DNA from: an uncultured Candidatus Saccharibacteria bacterium
Lineage (GTDB): Bacteria > Patescibacteriota > Minisyncoccia > Minisyncoccales > Paceibacteraceae
Assembly (NCBI GenBank): GCA_964459265.1
Contig: CAYWKA010000001.1
Location: 46,668-94,372, forward strand
Length of the DNA stretch: 47,705 nt
Direction of reading: 5' to 3'
The position numbers were made by a program, and so were the translations under genes. Below are positions 46,127 to 47,705 of the stretch, piece after piece. The first letter of the stretch is position 1, and each line of letters starts with the position of its first letter. The notes under the pieces are model-generated. The model was not told the DNA's origin, ran no database searches, and saw only the letters and a list, made by a program, of their open reading frames with translations.

Positions 46127-46253
46127 AGGGGGAAAAGCCTTAACACGCTTGGCCGATGCTCAAGCCTAGTTGGACTTCGACCAGGGACGTCCGATTTAGC
46201 CTCCTGCATTAAGAACTTTTAGTCCTTAGAGAATTTCATCTCGCACCCCCTCA
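46127..46253 (-). ncRNA. Unclassified structured RNA (riboswitch-like leader or sRNA)
   Basis: About 50 percent GC in a roughly 33 percent GC context. 5' GAGGGGG (46247-53) pairs with 3' CCCCCTC (46127-33) as a closing helix. Internal hairpins: GAGA/UCUC, UAAGGAC/GUUCUUA, CCUGGU/ACUAGG, GCUUG/CAAGC. The predicted TSS coincides with the 5' strand of the closing helix. Confidence 0.4.
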
Positions 46254-46259
46254 GGTTTA

Positions 46260-46287
46260 ATGATATTTAATCGTGACTGCTTGTCAA
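46260..46287 (-). promoter_or_regulatory. Sigma70-like promoter
   Basis: On the minus strand, TTGACA (46282-87), a 16-nt spacer and TATCAT (46260-65). This predicts a start near 46251-46254. Confidence 0.45.
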
Positions 46288-46299
46288 GCAAGTATTTTG

Positions 46300-46371
46300 T
46301 GTCCCCAGAAGGAATCGAACCTTCATTTCAGCCTCCGGAGGGCTGCGCTTTGTCCATTAAGCTACGGGGAC
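46300..46371 (-). tRNA. tRNA-Arg (anticodon CCG)
   Basis: 72-nt cloverleaf: acceptor GTCCCCG/TGGGGAC, D arm GCTT-AATGGACA-AAGC, anticodon arm CAGCC-CTCCGGA-GGCTG, 4-nt variable loop, T arm GAAGG-TTCGATT-CCTTC, discriminator A. CCA is not encoded. Confidence 0.9.
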
Positions 46372-46374
46372 TTT

Positions 46375-47067
46375 TTATTTCTCGGCAATCAAATAAATGT
46401 TTTGCCGATTGCCTCTTTTGTTTTTAATAATCCCATTCTTTTTAATTTTAAATTCCGCCCTCTTAACCAAACCGGCCAGCTCTTTTTTAGAAAAACAATG
46501 ATAGTACCTTTTTATTTTTTTACCCCAGGGCTCCAGAACATCCTTGAAATCAAGATTTGATTTTCCTATCAATTTTAAAATGGTATATTTAAACAGAAGG
46601 GGAAGCTCCTTTTTTTCGTGAAATTTCCAGGTTGTTAAAATTAAAATTCCTCCGGGCCTCAAAACCCTCTTGGCTTCTTTCAAGGACTTTAATCTCAACT
46701 CCTCTGAGGGAATATGGTGTAAAACAGCGATACTATAAATTTTATCAAAGTAGTTGTTTGAAAAAGGTAATTTTAAAATATCAGCGGTTTGAAATTTTGC
46801 CTGAGGGTAGTTTCTTTTGGCAATTTTAATTAACCTTTTAGAGAAATCAACCCCAATATAATCAATTTTTTTCTTTTGAAACAGTTTGAACCATCTGCCG
46901 TTCCCGCAGCCTAAATCTAAAACTTTTTCGTCTTCAGTTAAATAATCCTCAAAAAGAAAGGTCAGTTCTGGCCAAATTTCTTGACGCGTTGCTGAAAACT
47001 CATCAGCAATTAAATCATAATCTTGACGAGTTTTTTCTAATAAATATTTTGCATACTCTGGGTCCAT
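46375..47067 (-). CDS. Class I SAM-dependent methyltransferase, Trm9-like (candidate tRNA cm5U methyl esterase-forming enzyme)
   Basis: 230 aa with QDYDLIADEFSATRQEIWPEL, VLDLGCGNGRW (SAM motif I) and SIAVLHHIPSEELRLKSLKEAKRVLRPGGILILTTW. This parallels the Trm9/ALKBH8-MTase pattern VYxxIAxxFSxTRxxxWP ... D.GCGNGKY ... IAVIHH...RR...RPGG. Confidence 0.6.
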   Translation of the reverse strand: MDPEYAKYLLEKTRQDYDLIADEFSATRQEIWPELTFLFEDYLTEDEKVLDLGCGNGRWFKLFQKKKIDYIGVDFSKRLIKIAKRNYPQAKFQTADILKLPFSNNYFDKIYSIAVLHHIPSEELRLKSLKEAKRVLRPGGILILTTWKFHEKKELPLLFKYTILKLIGKSNLDFKDVLEPWGKKIKRYYHCFSKKELAGLVKRAEFKIKKNGIIKNKRGNRQNIYLIAEK

Positions 47068-47705
47068 GAGTATTTTAGAAACAACAATTAAAAAACTAAT
47101 TCAGGATGAAGTTAAAACTTTTGAGGATTTGGCACGAACAAAAAGAGAAATGGCCAAAAAGTATAAAACGCCTTGTCCGAGCAATATCGAACTATTAAAA
47201 GTTTATCACGAACTGGTTGAAAATAAAAGGATTAAAAAATTAAAAAAGATTGAGGAGCTGCTCAGGACAAGGCCAATTCGTTCTCTTTCGGGAATAGTTA
47301 ACATCTCTGTTTTAACCAAACCTTATCCTTGTCCGGGAAAATGCATTTATTGTCCCACTGAAAGCGGTATTCCTAAAAGTTATGTATCTGGCGAACCGGC
47401 AGTAGAAAGAGCTAAAAGATTAAATTACGATCCTTATTTACAAACGAAATCAAGAATTGAAATGTTAGAATTGGAGGGCCACCCCACTGACAAAATTGAG
47501 TTGAGAACAGTGGGTGGGACTTGGAGTTATTATCCGCAATCGTATCAAAATTGGTTTATTAAAAAATGCTTCAACGCCTGTAATAATTACACCTTGGGGA
47601 ATTCTTTATTAAAAGCTCAGAAGTTAAATGAAAAAGCTAAACACAGAATTGTTGGTTTGTCTGTGGAAACCAGACCTGACTTTATTAATCCTAAAGAAAT
47701 TAAAC
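47066..47705 (+). CDS. elp3: Elp3-family radical-SAM/GNAT tRNA modification enzyme, N-terminal part (continues beyond window)
   Basis: Not in ORF track because no stop lies in the window. Translation: MSILETTIKKLIQDEVKTFEDLARTKREMAKKYKTPCPSNIELL...RTRPIRSLSGIVNISVLTKPYPCPGKCIYCP...GHPTDKIELRTVGGTW...VGLSVETRPD. This matches the Elp3 N-terminus and radical-SAM Cys cluster region. Confidence 0.8.
   Translation, partial: MSILETTIKKLIQDEVKTFEDLARTKREMAKKYKTPCPSNIELLKVYHELVENKRIKKLKKIEELLRTRPIRSLSGIVNISVLTKPYPCPGKCIYCPTESGIPKSYVSGEPAVERAKRLNYDPYLQTKSRIEMLELEGHPTDKIELRTVGGTWSYYPQSYQNWFIKKCFNACNNYTLGNSLLKAQKLNEKAKHRIVGLSVETRPDFINPKEIK

Noticed and set aside
46127-46253. Assignment of the structured RNA to SRP (4.5S) RNA, M-box, TPP, yybP-ykoY or guanidine-type riboswitches
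   Set aside because: Only short coincidental matches were found (UUAAUGCAG, GGGGUGC, an AGCA next to a hairpin). The order and spacing of conserved blocks do not fit any of these models by eye, so it is left unclassified pending a covariance-model scan.
46273-46560. 95-aa plus-strand ORF
   Set aside because: It overlaps the tRNA-Arg gene and the 3' end of the well-supported methyltransferase gene on the opposite strand.
1-47705. CRISPR arrays, rRNA genes, transposases, integrases, phage genes, toxin-antitoxin pairs, and alternative genetic code (UGA recoding)
   Set aside because: No regularly spaced direct repeats and no recognisable Cas, transposase or recombinase motifs were seen. TGA is used as a genuine stop (for example purC at 321-323, and the ATGA overlaps), and ORFs are full length under the standard bacterial code.

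Overview
AT-rich (about one-third GC by eye), very gene-dense 47.7 kb window with about 50 CDS, nearly all on the minus strand with gaps of 0-30 nt or 4-nt ATGA overlaps. All calls rest on motif recognition; no database search was run. The core is translation and nucleic-acid housekeeping: LeuRS fragment, MetRS, GlyRS, IleRS, ArgRS, SmpB plus tmRNA, IF3-L35-L20, GreA, RsmI, RecO, TatD, PolX, tRNA-Arg(CCG). Several enzymes have an archaeal or eukaryotic flavour: EndoQ-like PHP nuclease, Elp3, a Trm9-like methyltransferase, RtcA, a TreT-like GT4, and an Mth938-like protein. This resembles a reduced uncultured bacterium (CPR/Patescibacteria-like; inference only). No CRISPR array, transposase, integrase or rRNA was seen. 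Items worth a second look: (1) at 32.9-39.0 kb, a split PEP-synthase/rifampin-phosphotransferase-like dikinase cassette with one stand-alone ATP-grasp protein, three divergent paralogs that each carry a C-terminal phosphohistidine swivel domain, and an embedded HD hydrolase; (2) directly upstream, an HgdC/BcrAD-type activase ATPase with two DUF2229-like subunits and an Mth938-like protein; (3) IleRS with an apparently intact histidine-phosphatase domain nested between the two CxxC halves of its zinc knuckle; (4) a palindrome-cored nucleotide repeat (TCCGCCAGCTGGCGGA) sitting in frame inside MetRS, RsmI, IleRS and a DUF2229 gene, in different reading frames; (5) a promoter, structured RNA and terminator module at 46.1-46.3 kb heading a 16-gene co-directional array; (6) a back-to-back Elp3 / Trm9-like pair with overlapping start codons beside a tRNA; (7) GC-rich purine-biosynthesis genes, including a PurE-like protein that lacks the catalytic His.
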